From positions 1 to 64,000 of the forward strand of contig JBEIPA010000010.1 of assembly GCA_040377305.1 (NCBI GenBank): DNA of 64,000 nucleotides. Reading direction: 5' to 3'. The notes beneath the pieces were generated by a model that saw nothing but the letters and a program-made list of their open reading frames with translations, had not been told where the DNA came from and did not search any database. Both the position numbers and the translations under genes were made by a program. Numbering within the stretch: the first letter of the stretch is position 1; every line of letters begins with the position of its first letter. Below, piece by piece: positions 28,321 through 38,132 of this stretch. Source of the DNA: Flavobacteriales bacterium (lineage in GTDB: Bacteria > Bacteroidota > Bacteroidia > Palsa-965).

Positions 28321-29234
28321 TACTTAAAATAAAGTTCCTTGAACCGCTCGATGTAATACTTATTGGTCAGTTCCTCATCGGCTGGAACCGTAATGAGCGC
28401 ATATACTTTCTCATCCGTTCCAACTTTCGCCGGCAATAAATCCCCTGGTTCAAGTACGCGCGAATTGTACTTTGCGTCTGCAGGCACTTGCGGTTCCATA
28501 AACGATTTACCGTCGTACACCTTCACCACCTGTTTTGTCCAATCGTAATCTTTCAGGTTGGTCGTCGTGAAATCTGCCGGCATCATAGGCGTAACATCGA
28601 TCAATACTAGCTTGTGTCCGCCATTGTCCAATTGAATCCATCCCGATTCATAATCCATTTTAGATGCGGATGGTTCTTCGAACTTTTCAGCCGAATACGT
28701 TGCCAGGATGTTTCCTTTTCGATCACTCACATCGAAAGAATATTTGTCGATCACCAACTCCATGGGTTGCCATGAGTGAGGGTTCACCGTAACAGTTTGC
28801 GACGCCTTCCCTGCTTTCATAATACAGTCGAGTGTATCGTCGCTGGAGTTCAGAAAATTTACGGTGCGGTAAACTTTTTCTTTCTCCGGTTCCTTCTCAT
28901 CATCCGTTTGTACAACAGGAGCAGTGTCTTCTTCTGAAGGTGTTGGATCACGCTGAAGCAGAACGTATGTGCATAAAGCACCAAGTCCTAATGACCAGAA
29001 CAATACCGGAATGAACATGAAATCATGGTGTCGTTTGGTTCCATCATCTTCGTCCTTGGAGCCCCACAATCCGAGTCCTGGCAATAGCAACACAATCGCT
29101 GTATAAAACATGGACCAACCCATGAAGGATGCATTACCTAGGCGTGTGTCTTCGTAAAAGAAGGATACAATCCATGCGCAGATAAAAAATACGATCGGAA
29201 CAATGAGGCCGAATCCTCTCCAGATAAATACCAT
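28320..29234 (-). CDS. Membrane protein, three N-terminal TMs plus soluble domain
   Basis: FIWRGFG...HDFMFIPVLFW hydrophobic module; stop overlaps the next start (TAATG). Confidence 0.75.
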   Translation of the reverse strand: MVFIWRGFGLIVPIVFFICAWIVSFFYEDTRLGNASFMGWSMFYTAIVLLLPGLGLWGSKDEDDGTKRHHDFMFIPVLFWSLGLGALCTYVLLQRDPTPSEEDTAPVVQTDDEKEPEKEKVYRTVNFLNSSDDTLDCIMKAGKASQTVTVNPHSWQPMELVIDKYSFDVSDRKGNILATYSAEKFEEPSASKMDYESGWIQLDNGGHKLVLIDVTPMMPADFTTTNLKDYDWTKQVVKVYDGKSFMEPQVPADAKYNSRVLEPGDLLPAKVGTDEKVYALITVPADEELTNKYYIERFKELYFK

Positions 29235-29263
29235 GTGTCAGCGGTTTTTGGGTTTGTGTGAAA

Positions 29264-29800
29264 TTAATGTCCTTTGCGAATCAGCTGCATGTGCAATTCA
29301 TCCACGAACGTATCTCCCACACGAATCCAATCTTTGCGAATGCCGGTGATTGTGAAACTGTTTTTTTGAAAAAGCAGAATACTTTCCTGATTATCTGCAG
29401 TCACCGAACAATACAGCTGGTGCAGATGTAACTGGTGAAAACAATACTGCGCCAGCACTTGTAATGCTTCTGACGCATAACCTTGTCCGCGGTCCTCGGC
29501 AGCAATGAGAATTCCCACGCCTGCACGCTGGTGTTGAGGATCGAAATCGAAAAGGTCAATGGCACCAACGTCTTTTCCGTCGCGATTCGTAATCATCAAA
29601 CGAAGTTGTTTGTTCGCGTACAAGTCCATGTGCGATGAGGCGATGTACTGCTCCAATACGAACTTGGAAAAAGGTGTGGTGGTATTACTGGCTTTCCAAA
29701 TGGTCGTATCATTTTCCCATTTGTAAAGTGTTTCAACATCCTGGGGTTCCAATGCACGCAGGCGAATACGTGTACCGAGCAAAAGTTGGATTTGAGTCAT
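29264..29800 (-). CDS. GNAT N-acetyltransferase (RimJ/RimL/SpeG-like)
   Basis: IRLRALEP, GAIDLFDFDP, RGQGYA acetyl-CoA loop and GIRKDW. Confidence 0.92.
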   Translation of the reverse strand: MTQIQLLLGTRIRLRALEPQDVETLYKWENDTTIWKASNTTTPFSKFVLEQYIASSHMDLYANKQLRLMITNRDGKDVGAIDLFDFDPQHQRAGVGILIAAEDRGQGYASEALQVLAQYCFHQLHLHQLYCSVTADNQESILLFQKNSFTITGIRKDWIRVGDTFVDELHMQLIRKGH

Positions 29801-29855
29801 GGATTAAAGATAAGATTCTGTTGCGGATTGGAGAATGTAGTTTAGCTTTTGTGCC

Positions 29856-29983
29856 CCGTGGGCTAAAGCCACACGGTTATCATTTGGACTACTACGGAAT
29901 TTGGTGCAAAAATGGCTTCGCCATTTTTGCACTTCCCTTACCCAAATGACTAAAAGTGATAACCGTGTGGCTTCAGCCCACGG
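29856..29983. repeat. REPIN-like element: two inverted REPs around an inner hairpin
   Basis: 27-bp arms 29856-29882 / 29957-29983 (one mismatch); inner 12-bp stem GTGCAAAAATGG-CTTCG-CCATTTTTGCAC (29904-29932). Confidence 0.88.
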
Positions 29984-30001
29984 CGTTAAGCCACTAGCAA
30001 A

Positions 30002-30565
30002 CTACGACTTACTCTCCGCATACTGCCTCGCAGCCTCTCTGGTCGCCTCTGCAACATCTTCCGCAGTATATACGGGCATAGCCAGATTCTTATCTGCATC
30101 GAGATGCGAATCCAGATAGAAACCGTAATGCTTCCCGATTCCTCCATTGAGTTGAATACCGGGAATGAGTTCAAAAATGAAGCGGGCATGATTCAGTGAT
30201 TCACCAAAAACTTCAGCAGCCACATCACGAATTGGATCGAGACACGTGGTTTCGTTTGCATGAACCTCCGGATACCGACTTACGGCGTCGTTGAGCATCT
30301 CACAGAAACGTTCTGGAGCAACGTTCTCTGGCAAATGCAGTTCTGAAAAAATGGTCGGAACCTGCTTACGATGAATGTATGCGAACAGTTTCTCCAATGG
30401 CTCCGCCGGAAGTTGTCCGGAGACAGAGATAGACCATGTTCTGCCGTTTACTGCGATGAGCAAATGTGGGGGGACACGAACAGTTTGTAAAACAACTATG
30501 TAATTTCCCTTCATCAGTTGCTCTTCGTTGGCCGGAGCAACATTATTAAATACGAAATGATTCAA
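30002..30565 (-). CDS. Hypothetical protein
   Basis: 187-aa ORF co-oriented within the gene run; PPHL and TTCL motifs. Confidence 0.7.
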   Translation of the reverse strand: MNHFVFNNVAPANEEQLMKGNYIVVLQTVRVPPHLLIAVNGRTWSISVSGQLPAEPLEKLFAYIHRKQVPTIFSELHLPENVAPERFCEMLNDAVSRYPEVHANETTCLDPIRDVAAEVFGESLNHARFIFELIPGIQLNGGIGKHYGFYLDSHLDADKNLAMPVYTAEDVAEATREAARQYAESKS

Positions 30566-30595
30566 TTTTAGATTCTGTTAGTTGTGAATTACCGT

Positions 30596-33427
30596 TTATT
30601 CACGATAGCGCAAGATAGTAACGAATCCGGTTTGTGATTCTATTTGCTGAACCTGGCAACCACTTTGGTAATTGGCAATCCAGTAATACACGCCTTCCGA
30701 AACATTCTTTCCATCAGGCGTTTTTCCGTTCCATGCAGGATTAACTCCCTCTGCTTCAAATACAAGTTGTCCCCAACGATCAAAGATCTGCATGTGTACT
30801 GATCCCCTAAAATAATTTAGCGGCACAAAAACATCGTTGATTCCATCTTCATTGGGTGTGAATATATTCGGATACACAGGCGGATCACCAGCTCCTTCCA
30901 GAAACTCCACGTCAACCACTTCTGTGTTGTTGCAGTTAGCTGTGGTGGCAGTTACGGTATACGATCCCGTTGCATTTACTACAATGCTTTCTGTGATTTC
31001 GCCGGTTGACCATAACATTCCTGCGCCGGTTACTCCTGAGCTTAACATCACTATCGAATCGCACGTAATAATTGAACCCCCAAGATTCATTGACACATCA
31101 TCGATTGATACAAGGATCGTATCGCGATCGGTGCATGTCCCGGTTGATCCGGCTACCCAATAAACGCCCGAACCTGACACGGTAATGGTCGATCCGATCG
31201 CGCCAGTCGACCAGGCATAAGATGTTGCACCGGATGCAAACAATAGTGCGGGTTGCCCGTTGCATTCAACAATATCGGGAGGTAGTGTTACTTGTGGAGG
31301 AGCTTGGAATTGTACGCTTATAGTATCGTTACCGGTACAGCCCAATGCATTCGTTACCAACACGGAATACGTCCCACTGGTAGATACATTGATGGTCGAA
31401 GTGTTCGCTCCGGTGTTCCATTGGTATGTTGTTCCGCCTGAACCCGCATTCAACGTAAGGGAGCCGTTTCCGCAGATCACCGTGTCCGGTCCCAGCGCAA
31501 CCACCGGACCATTACTGATAAAAGAAATGGTATCCGCTGCGGTGCATCCGGATCCGTAAGAAACGGTTACCCAAAAGATTCCGCCCGTGGAAACAGTGAG
31601 CGTTTGCGAAGTAGCACCGGTACTCCAGAGATAGGTCGCGCCAGGATTACCGGCATTCAGTAAAACGCCCCCCACGCAGTATGTTGAATCATTTCCAAGA
31701 TCAACGATAGGTACCGGCGCGAACGTTACTGAAATAACATCGGAGCCTGTGCAGCCCTGACTGTCTGTAACCACCACACTGTAGGTACCGGAAGTGGATA
31801 CGGTAATAGAATTACTTGTATCGCCAGTATTCCATTGGTAAGAGTATCCGGCGAATGTTGCAAGCACAACTTGTCCCGGTCCGCAGATCACTGTATCCTG
31901 ACCGAGCGCAACAATTGGTCCTCCTGTGAATGTAATAGTATCAGTGGCTACGCATCCCGATGCACTTGTAACCGTCACCCAAAACGTTCCATTACCCACA
32001 GTGATAGTTTGCGTAGTTGCTCCTGTGCTCCACAAATAACTTGCACCAGGATTTCCCGCATTCAGTACAACGGTGTTGCTGCAAAAAGATGAGTCGTTGC
32101 CTAAATTGACGGATGGTGCAGGCACTGTTCCTTCCGCGATGACAAGATTAAAAAGCTGTCCGGTTGCCGAGCCGCCAGGCGTAGCACCGTATGACTGCAA
32201 GTAACATGAGGACGAAGCATTCAGATCAATGCCGGCTGTACCAGGTAGTGTAATCACATTCACACTTCCAGGCATAGATGATTGCGAAACCCAGACTACG
32301 CCAACACCTCCGCCACCACCAGGACCAAAACATGAACTGTACGCTGTGTTCTGATCACCTCCATCACCACCACTGGCTTTCACATTTACATTCGAAGAAT
32401 ACGTGCCTACGTCAAGCAGGACAGTTCCCCCTGCACCTCCGCCACCAGCACCATCGCCAATGCCGTTTACAATAATTCCTACCGATTCTCCATTCGCAAG
32501 AATTGAATCGTTGTTACCTGCAAGTGTTCCTGCACGAATGATAACGATGCCGCCACCATCGCCGCCAATCGTGCCAACTGAGTTGTTGTTATCGCTGCAT
32601 CCTCCGCCTCCGCCCATAAATATCTTGTTGTTGTATGTAAGCGCGTATCCTCCAGTTCCGCCCATCGGCACTACCGGGCAGAAGTTTGCCTGATTGCCCC
32701 CATGGCCGCCAACGGAAAAATTACTTCCTCCGCCTCCGCCGGAATTGTGTTTGTTACCTCCACCACCACCATTCGCCCAGGCACCTCGTCCGCCACCGTT
32801 GGCGACAACAGGAACAGCAATCCCTTCACCTTTCTCAGCACCAAAACCGGAACTTACAGGATAGGAGTAATCGGTGTAACCGCTTCCGCAGCCTCCGTCA
32901 GGATTCGTGCATTGTGAACCACCCCGGAATCCCTGCCCGCTAACATCGATACGCGCATTCATTGTGAGTGTACCGGAAATTTCCATGACCACGACACCGC
33001 CGGTTATACCATTCCATGGTGCAGCAGACACTGCACCCACAACAGTTGCATTGGTGTATTGAGGAACACGGATCAATTGAACGTGTCCCTGCGGACCCGG
33101 CGTATATGTCTTTACCAGACCAAACTGGAAATTTATAGTTAACCCAACAATAGATGAGATTGTAGCAAACTCATAATTGCCTGCGTTGTTATATGCAGTG
33201 ATCGAACCAAACGTAGAATTATTGGGATTCGCGACCATGGCTCCCTGCATCTGTATGATGAGCACCCGATCTCCAACTGAAAAGGCAGCAGGACTCACCA
33301 CTGCTACATAATTACAACCTACAGCTGTAACCGCAGTATAATCATTAACAACTCCGCTTATGCTTTGCGCATAAATTGTGTGTTGAATAATCAACCCCAA
33401 CACAACAAACAGTTTTCTGTAATACAT
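30596..33427 (-). CDS. Large T9SS cargo/adhesin with Gly-rich domain, Ig-like repeats and type B CTD
   Basis: Signal peptide, GGGGG-rich region, repeated LG.D...C...W(S/N)TG units and C-terminal PNIFTPNEDGIND...IFDRWG...WNG...GFVTILR. Confidence 0.9.
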   Translation of the reverse strand: MYYRKLFVVLGLIIQHTIYAQSISGVVNDYTAVTAVGCNYVAVVSPAAFSVGDRVLIIQMQGAMVANPNNSTFGSITAYNNAGNYEFATISSIVGLTINFQFGLVKTYTPGPQGHVQLIRVPQYTNATVVGAVSAAPWNGITGGVVVMEISGTLTMNARIDVSGQGFRGGSQCTNPDGGCGSGYTDYSYPVSSGFGAEKGEGIAVPVVANGGGRGAWANGGGGGNKHNSGGGGGSNFSVGGHGGNQANFCPVVPMGGTGGYALTYNNKIFMGGGGGCSDNNNSVGTIGGDGGGIVIIRAGTLAGNNDSILANGESVGIIVNGIGDGAGGGGAGGTVLLDVGTYSSNVNVKASGGDGGDQNTAYSSCFGPGGGGGVGVVWVSQSSMPGSVNVITLPGTAGIDLNASSSCYLQSYGATPGGSATGQLFNLVIAEGTVPAPSVNLGNDSSFCSNTVVLNAGNPGASYLWSTGATTQTITVGNGTFWVTVTSASGCVATDTITFTGGPIVALGQDTVICGPGQVVLATFAGYSYQWNTGDTSNSITVSTSGTYSVVVTDSQGCTGSDVISVTFAPVPIVDLGNDSTYCVGGVLLNAGNPGATYLWSTGATSQTLTVSTGGIFWVTVSYGSGCTAADTISFISNGPVVALGPDTVICGNGSLTLNAGSGGTTYQWNTGANTSTINVSTSGTYSVLVTNALGCTGNDTISVQFQAPPQVTLPPDIVECNGQPALLFASGATSYAWSTGAIGSTITVSGSGVYWVAGSTGTCTDRDTILVSIDDVSMNLGGSIITCDSIVMLSSGVTGAGMLWSTGEITESIVVNATGSYTVTATTANCNNTEVVDVEFLEGAGDPPVYPNIFTPNEDGINDVFVPLNYFRGSVHMQIFDRWGQLVFEAEGVNPAWNGKTPDGKNVSEGVYYWIANYQSGCQVQQIESQTGFVTILRYRE

Positions 33428-33569
33428 ACGTTCTTGTTTTCATGGGGAGATGTTAAAACTTATTACACGCGATTACACTAAAGTTAAACATTCGGCTTTT
33501 CCTGATACGGCACATTGTACAATCGTGCATTTTCTATGATTAGTCGTACAAGGTAATTCATGCGCCGTC

Positions 33570-34577
33570 CTATTGAGGACGCGAACTTCTCTTATTGGTG
33601 GCCAGACCTGAAAATATACCGGTAAACGTAATGCGGTTGAGAGGAAATTCGAGGAATACATGCATGAGGCTTAATAACAGCAGCACATAGAATCCAATTT
33701 CAAATTTCCACCAGTATAATAACACGGCTGATGTCCAGATCACAGCAATCCAGATCATTCGCTGTCGGGGTATTTTATGCCAACCGATAATCCCGGTTTT
33801 GGAAAACCAATTGAGATAATGATACGTGTATGCAAACGCAATGAAACGCATAACAGCAACTCCCGCCGGGGAGTGGTATAAATCATTCACAAAAGTCGGC
33901 TCCCCCGAAGTGAAAAAACCGATCACCTGAAGTATCCATCTGTTCAGATGCTCGAACATGGTGTAATGTTCCAGGGCATACCCGCCCGGTGCTATATAGC
34001 CAGTGGGAATTGCAATAAAAAGCACGGGGCAGACCAGCAGCAAAGCGAATGCAATATATCCGCTCCTGCTCCTGCCTTTCATCGCACCGTAGAGCATGAA
34101 AAGCCCCGTAAAAACGTAAACATGTATCAGCGTGGGAACAAAAACAGCAAACAATACCACCATGTTTTTCGAAACTAACACACCTGCACAGATTACGAGG
34201 AAGGCGATAAAACGATGACTGATACGCTTCAGAAAAATCATGCAGAATGAGACTACTGCTCCAACAATAATAAGAATGGTTTTCACAGCGTTTGGAACAT
34301 GTAGTTCAAGGCTTAAATCAGGCAGGATATAAATTACCAGGAAGAGAACGAAACATGAGCTGAGCAGGAAGAGCAGATCATATCGTTCTTTCGTAAAGTA
34401 CCGACGTTCATGCAACCATGAAATTTCTGTGAGATAATGTCCGGGTCCCAGAATACCATATGCCAGCAGGAACAATTCGAACGGAACAAAGAAAGCAACA
34501 GCACAAGACAACAAAAGCAAACCAATGTTGAGATAATTGATCCGGTCCGTGTTCCGGACGTCGTCAATTGCACTCAT
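33570..34577 (-). CDS. Polytopic membrane protein with four spaced His motifs
   Basis: About 8-9 TMs; GHYLTE, IHVY, YHYLNW and MHVFLE. Start overlaps the dapF stop. Confidence 0.75.
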   Translation of the reverse strand: MSAIDDVRNTDRINYLNIGLLLLSCAVAFFVPFELFLLAYGILGPGHYLTEISWLHERRYFTKERYDLLFLLSSCFVLFLVIYILPDLSLELHVPNAVKTILIIVGAVVSFCMIFLKRISHRFIAFLVICAGVLVSKNMVVLFAVFVPTLIHVYVFTGLFMLYGAMKGRSRSGYIAFALLLVCPVLFIAIPTGYIAPGGYALEHYTMFEHLNRWILQVIGFFTSGEPTFVNDLYHSPAGVAVMRFIAFAYTYHYLNWFSKTGIIGWHKIPRQRMIWIAVIWTSAVLLYWWKFEIGFYVLLLLSLMHVFLEFPLNRITFTGIFSGLATNKRSSRPQ

Positions 34578-35356
34578 AAAACAGTTTCACCCTTGAAAAC
34601 AAAAGTAGCCGGTCCTTCGAGCCAGATGTTCTTAAAGCCCTGACCCGCTTTCTCAAAATGAACCAGTAAGTTTCCTCCTCGCGTTTTCACTTTACACGAC
34701 TTAGATGCACCTGCAACACCAACCATAGATGCAACCAGCGCACAAGCCGTAACACCCGTTCCGCAGGAAAATGTTTCATCTTCTACTCCACGCTCATAGG
34801 TGCGTACGAAAATTCCTTCGGGACCTGCTTCTACAAAATTCACGTTAGTACCTTCCTTCGCAAAACGTTCGTTGTATCGAATCTTTCTTCCTTTCGAATA
34901 CACGTCAAGTTCAGCAACATTCATTTCCAGCTTCACATAATGCGGTGAACCTGTATCCAGCCAGAAATATCCTTCTCCCGCTTCAACTTCATCCACATCT
35001 TTCATTTTAAGCTTGATCGTTTGCGGACCAATGATGGCCTCGTGCATTCCATCGATTGCCAAAAACTGAATGTGATCTTTTGTGATTGCACCAATGTCTG
35101 CAGCGAAACGGGAAATGCATCTGCCGCCGTTCCCACACATGGAAGAAAATTTTCCGTCGGAGTTGAAATAAACCATCTCGAAATCATAGGACGGGTGATT
35201 TCTCAGCAACATCAATCCATCAGCACCAATTCCAAAACGACGATCACATAAATGCTCAATGAGCTCTACGTTATCCGCAGGGAAAGTTTTGGAACGATCG
35301 TCCACAAGAATGAAATCATTCCCGGTACCGTGATATTTTGAAAACGATAAAATCAT
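34574..35356 (-). CDS. dapF: Diaminopimelate epimerase
   Basis: KYHGTGNDF, GIGADG, MCGNGGRC, TGSPH and ERGVEDETFSCGTG. Confidence 0.97.
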   Translation of the reverse strand: MILSFSKYHGTGNDFILVDDRSKTFPADNVELIEHLCDRRFGIGADGLMLLRNHPSYDFEMVYFNSDGKFSSMCGNGGRCISRFAADIGAITKDHIQFLAIDGMHEAIIGPQTIKLKMKDVDEVEAGEGYFWLDTGSPHYVKLEMNVAELDVYSKGRKIRYNERFAKEGTNVNFVEAGPEGIFVRTYERGVEDETFSCGTGVTACALVASMVGVAGASKSCKVKTRGGNLLVHFEKAGQGFKNIWLEGPATFVFKGETVL

Positions 35357-36048
35357 TGTAATCTCGCCAGCAAGCTTTCGTCTGTAACTCTTTCCAGCTG
35401 ACGGAAATCAGCCGTATTCTCTAAGCGAAATACTCCGCCGTTTGTTTTCATAAACATACTTTGGTCAAGACGATAGAGCGCAATATTTTCATCCGTACCA
35501 AAACCAAACAGCACAAGACGACTGCGGCTCAATGTATATCCTTTGTAATTGAGAGGCGATCGCCAGAACTCAACGGTCACCGATTTCCCCGGTTCTTCTT
35601 TGATGCCCGCTTCCTTGCTGCGAATACTGTCGATTGCTTTTATGCCATCGAGATTCACAAGTGAAATCACTTTCTCGCCGAGAAGTTCATTGGTGCGAAC
35701 CACAATTTCTCCATTCGGATCGGTGATAAACACATTACCGGTTGTATCATCGCTCGATAAAGAGTCGTTTACGTCGGTCACATCATTTTCATCGGAAACG
35801 TCGGTCGTAGTGTTGTTCTTCTTTGGCTTGACTTGTTTGTCTGTCGATTGGTCCTGCGTAGAAGTCTCGTCTTCCTCTTTGTCGTCCTGGTTCACAAGCG
35901 GATTATTCATCGCGAAATCTTTCACGTAATCGTCGAGTTTCAAGAGGAAGAATCCACCGGAAAGCACAATTCCGAAAAGCAGTCCAAGCAGAAACACCTG
36001 GAGGCGGTTTCCAAACTGGTGGAGACGGTAACGTGTGCGTAGAGACAT
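35353..36048 (-). CDS. Membrane-anchored hypothetical protein
   Basis: One TM, acidic linker, VEFWRSPLNYKGY domain. Start moved to MSLRTR; TAttTTTG promoter-like motif on the minus strand at 36058-36065. Confidence 0.75.
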   Translation of the reverse strand: MSLRTRYRLHQFGNRLQVFLLGLLFGIVLSGGFFLLKLDDYVKDFAMNNPLVNQDDKEEDETSTQDQSTDKQVKPKKNNTTTDVSDENDVTDVNDSLSSDDTTGNVFITDPNGEIVVRTNELLGEKVISLVNLDGIKAIDSIRSKEAGIKEEPGKSVTVEFWRSPLNYKGYTLSRSRLVLFGFGTDENIALYRLDQSMFMKTNGGVFRLENTADFRQLERVTDESLLARLQ

Positions 36049-36099
36049 TTTGCACGTCAAAAATACAAAATCGCACCTTACCGCCGTTGGCGGGTTTTC

Positions 36100-36337
36100 A
36101 CCACGGTGGCACAGCGAGCACGGCGATTTGAATTTTCTTAAAACACCACACCCCCGGTAAGTACTATACCGAGGGTGTTGTTGAGTCAGAATTTCTTCCA
36201 ACCGAGTACTCTGGTGCACCAATCCAGTTACCCTCATCGGGTCCAACGGTCCAGAAACCAGTCGCGCATTGCGAAAGGCCCCGAGTTTGGTATCTAAATA
36301 TAAAAAACTTTCGCCGTGCTCGCTGTGCCTCCGTGGT
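36100..36337. repeat. 27-bp inverted repeat (nonamer-periodic arms) enclosing ~185 bp
   Basis: ACCACGGTGGCACAGCGAGCACGGCGA (36100-36126) vs 36311-36337, 26/27 complementary. Confidence 0.88.
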
Positions 36338-36484
36338 AAAGCCGCGACAGAATGTCGCTCTGGAAGTGAAGGTTTGTCAGTGAGAAGCCACCTTTCCGTA
36401 ATTGTTGTTAAATGCCCGCTGCCAAATGAAACATCTGCACGGCATTTGCGGTTATACAGTCAGTTAATAAATTCTCACAGACAT

Positions 36485-37936
36485 ATGAAACGCTACATCA
36501 TTCCTTTTGTAATGGCACTTGCGGGCGGAGTTGGTGCCTTGACTCTTGACAGGATGTTTTTATCCGATAACGACTCTGCCTTAACAGTCGACAGCACTAC
36601 ACCGGTGCAATTTGCATCAATCAACGGTGAGCCACTGCCGGTATTCACTCCGGCGGCAGAGCAAACAGTTAATGCGGTTGTACACGTGAAGACAAAGTTC
36701 ACGACTACACAGACGTATTTTGATCCGTTCCAGGGCATGTTTGGTGGTAACGGAATGCAAACGGTACCTCAGGAACAACAAGCAGCGGGTTCGGGCGTTA
36801 TTATCTCGAAAGACGGATACATCGTAACGAACTATCACGTAATTGAACAAGCGGAAGAAATTCAGGTTACACTGAATGACAGACGTGTGTACGACGCTGT
36901 GCTGGTTGGTTCCGATCCGAATACAGACATTGCTGTGCTGAAGATAGAAGACGAGAAAAATTTCCCATACATGAGTTGGGGAAATTCGGACAAGGTGAAG
37001 ATTGGTGAGTGGGTTCTCGCTGTAGGAAATCCGTTTAACCTTACCTCAACTGTTACTGCCGGAATAGTAAGTGCGAAAGCGCGCAACATCAATATCATTT
37101 CAGGAAACGGCAGTGGAGTTGGTGCGGTGGAATCGTTTATTCAGACAGATGCAGCTGTTAACCCAGGAAACTCCGGTGGTGCATTGGTGAATACTGCCGG
37201 TCAGCTCATAGGAATCAATACGGCAATTGCTTCTCAAAATGGTTCGTTTGCGGGATATTCGTTCGCAGTTCCTTCCTTGCTCGTAAAGAAAGTAGTGACC
37301 GATCTCGTTGAGTTCGGCATGGTTCAACGCGGTTATCTCGGTGTAAATATTCAGGATGTAGATGCTGATCTCGCGAAGGAACATGATCTGGACAAGCTTT
37401 CCGGTGTGTATGTGCTGGGTGTTATCAAAGATGGTGCTGCAGAAGATGCCGATCTCGAAATAGGAGACGTGATTACCGCTGTTGATTCTGTCACCGTTGG
37501 AAGTGTTGCTGAGCTTCAGGAGCAGGTTAATCGTCACCGCCCCGGAGAGAAAGTGACCATTACTTATAATCGTAATGGCAACGCGGAGAAAACAGTTGCG
37601 ACTTTAAAGAACAAGAACAACACAACAGATTTGCTGACGAAGGAAGATGCGGTGAACAATGAAGTTGTTGAGGCGTTGGGTGCAACATTAGAGCCCGTCG
37701 ATGCCGTTGAACTACAGAGACTGCGAATTAAGGCTGGTGTCGAAATCTCGAAACTAAATGCCGGCGTTTTGCGTAACTCAGGTATAAAGGAAGGATTTGT
37801 CATTACTAGCGTTGACAAGGTCCCGGTAAGCAGTCCGGAACAACTGAAGGAGCTGTTAGAAACGAAGAAAGGAGGAACACTGATTGAAGGGGTATATTCG
37901 AACGGACAACGAGCGTATTATGCCCTGGCTCTCTAA
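36485..37936 (+). CDS. degP: DegP/HtrA (Do-family) serine protease with two PDZ domains
   Basis: GSGVII, TNYHV, DIAV and GNSGG triad motifs plus PDZ repeats. Start moved to MKRYII. Confidence 0.95.
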   Translation: MKRYIIPFVMALAGGVGALTLDRMFLSDNDSALTVDSTTPVQFASINGEPLPVFTPAAEQTVNAVVHVKTKFTTTQTYFDPFQGMFGGNGMQTVPQEQQAAGSGVIISKDGYIVTNYHVIEQAEEIQVTLNDRRVYDAVLVGSDPNTDIAVLKIEDEKNFPYMSWGNSDKVKIGEWVLAVGNPFNLTSTVTAGIVSAKARNINIISGNGSGVGAVESFIQTDAAVNPGNSGGALVNTAGQLIGINTAIASQNGSFAGYSFAVPSLLVKKVVTDLVEFGMVQRGYLGVNIQDVDADLAKEHDLDKLSGVYVLGVIKDGAAEDADLEIGDVITAVDSVTVGSVAELQEQVNRHRPGEKVTITYNRNGNAEKTVATLKNKNNTTDLLTKEDAVNNEVVEALGATLEPVDAVELQRLRIKAGVEISKLNAGVLRNSGIKEGFVITSVDKVPVSSPEQLKELLETKKGGTLIEGVYSNGQRAYYALAL

Positions 37937-38035
37937 ACTTTATCGGAAGAATAAGACCTTTCGTCGAAGTCGACACCTTGTTACCGTGTCATTATCAACC
38001 CGTTAACGAATTGTTGTAAAAAGTAGAGATTGCCA

Positions 38036-38066
38036 TTGACTTGCCTGTATTGGCGACGTAACTTTG
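38036..38066 (+). promoter_or_regulatory. Bacteroidota housekeeping promoter for rpoD
   Basis: TTG (38036-38038), 20-nt spacer, TAACTTTG (38059-38066), matching the -33/-7 consensus. Confidence 0.6.
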
Positions 38067-38132
38067 TAACCGGAAAAAAGCATGGAAATAGCGGTTTTTC
38101 GCGTTCTTTTCATAGAACCTAATAATTTATAG

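Noticed and set aside
36049-36484. N-terminal extensions of ORFs 35353..36246 and 36269..37936, including a CSLCH heme-like motif
   Set aside because: Both extensions are translations of the inverted-repeat arms (SPCSLC in each). Better starts exist at 36048 and 36485.
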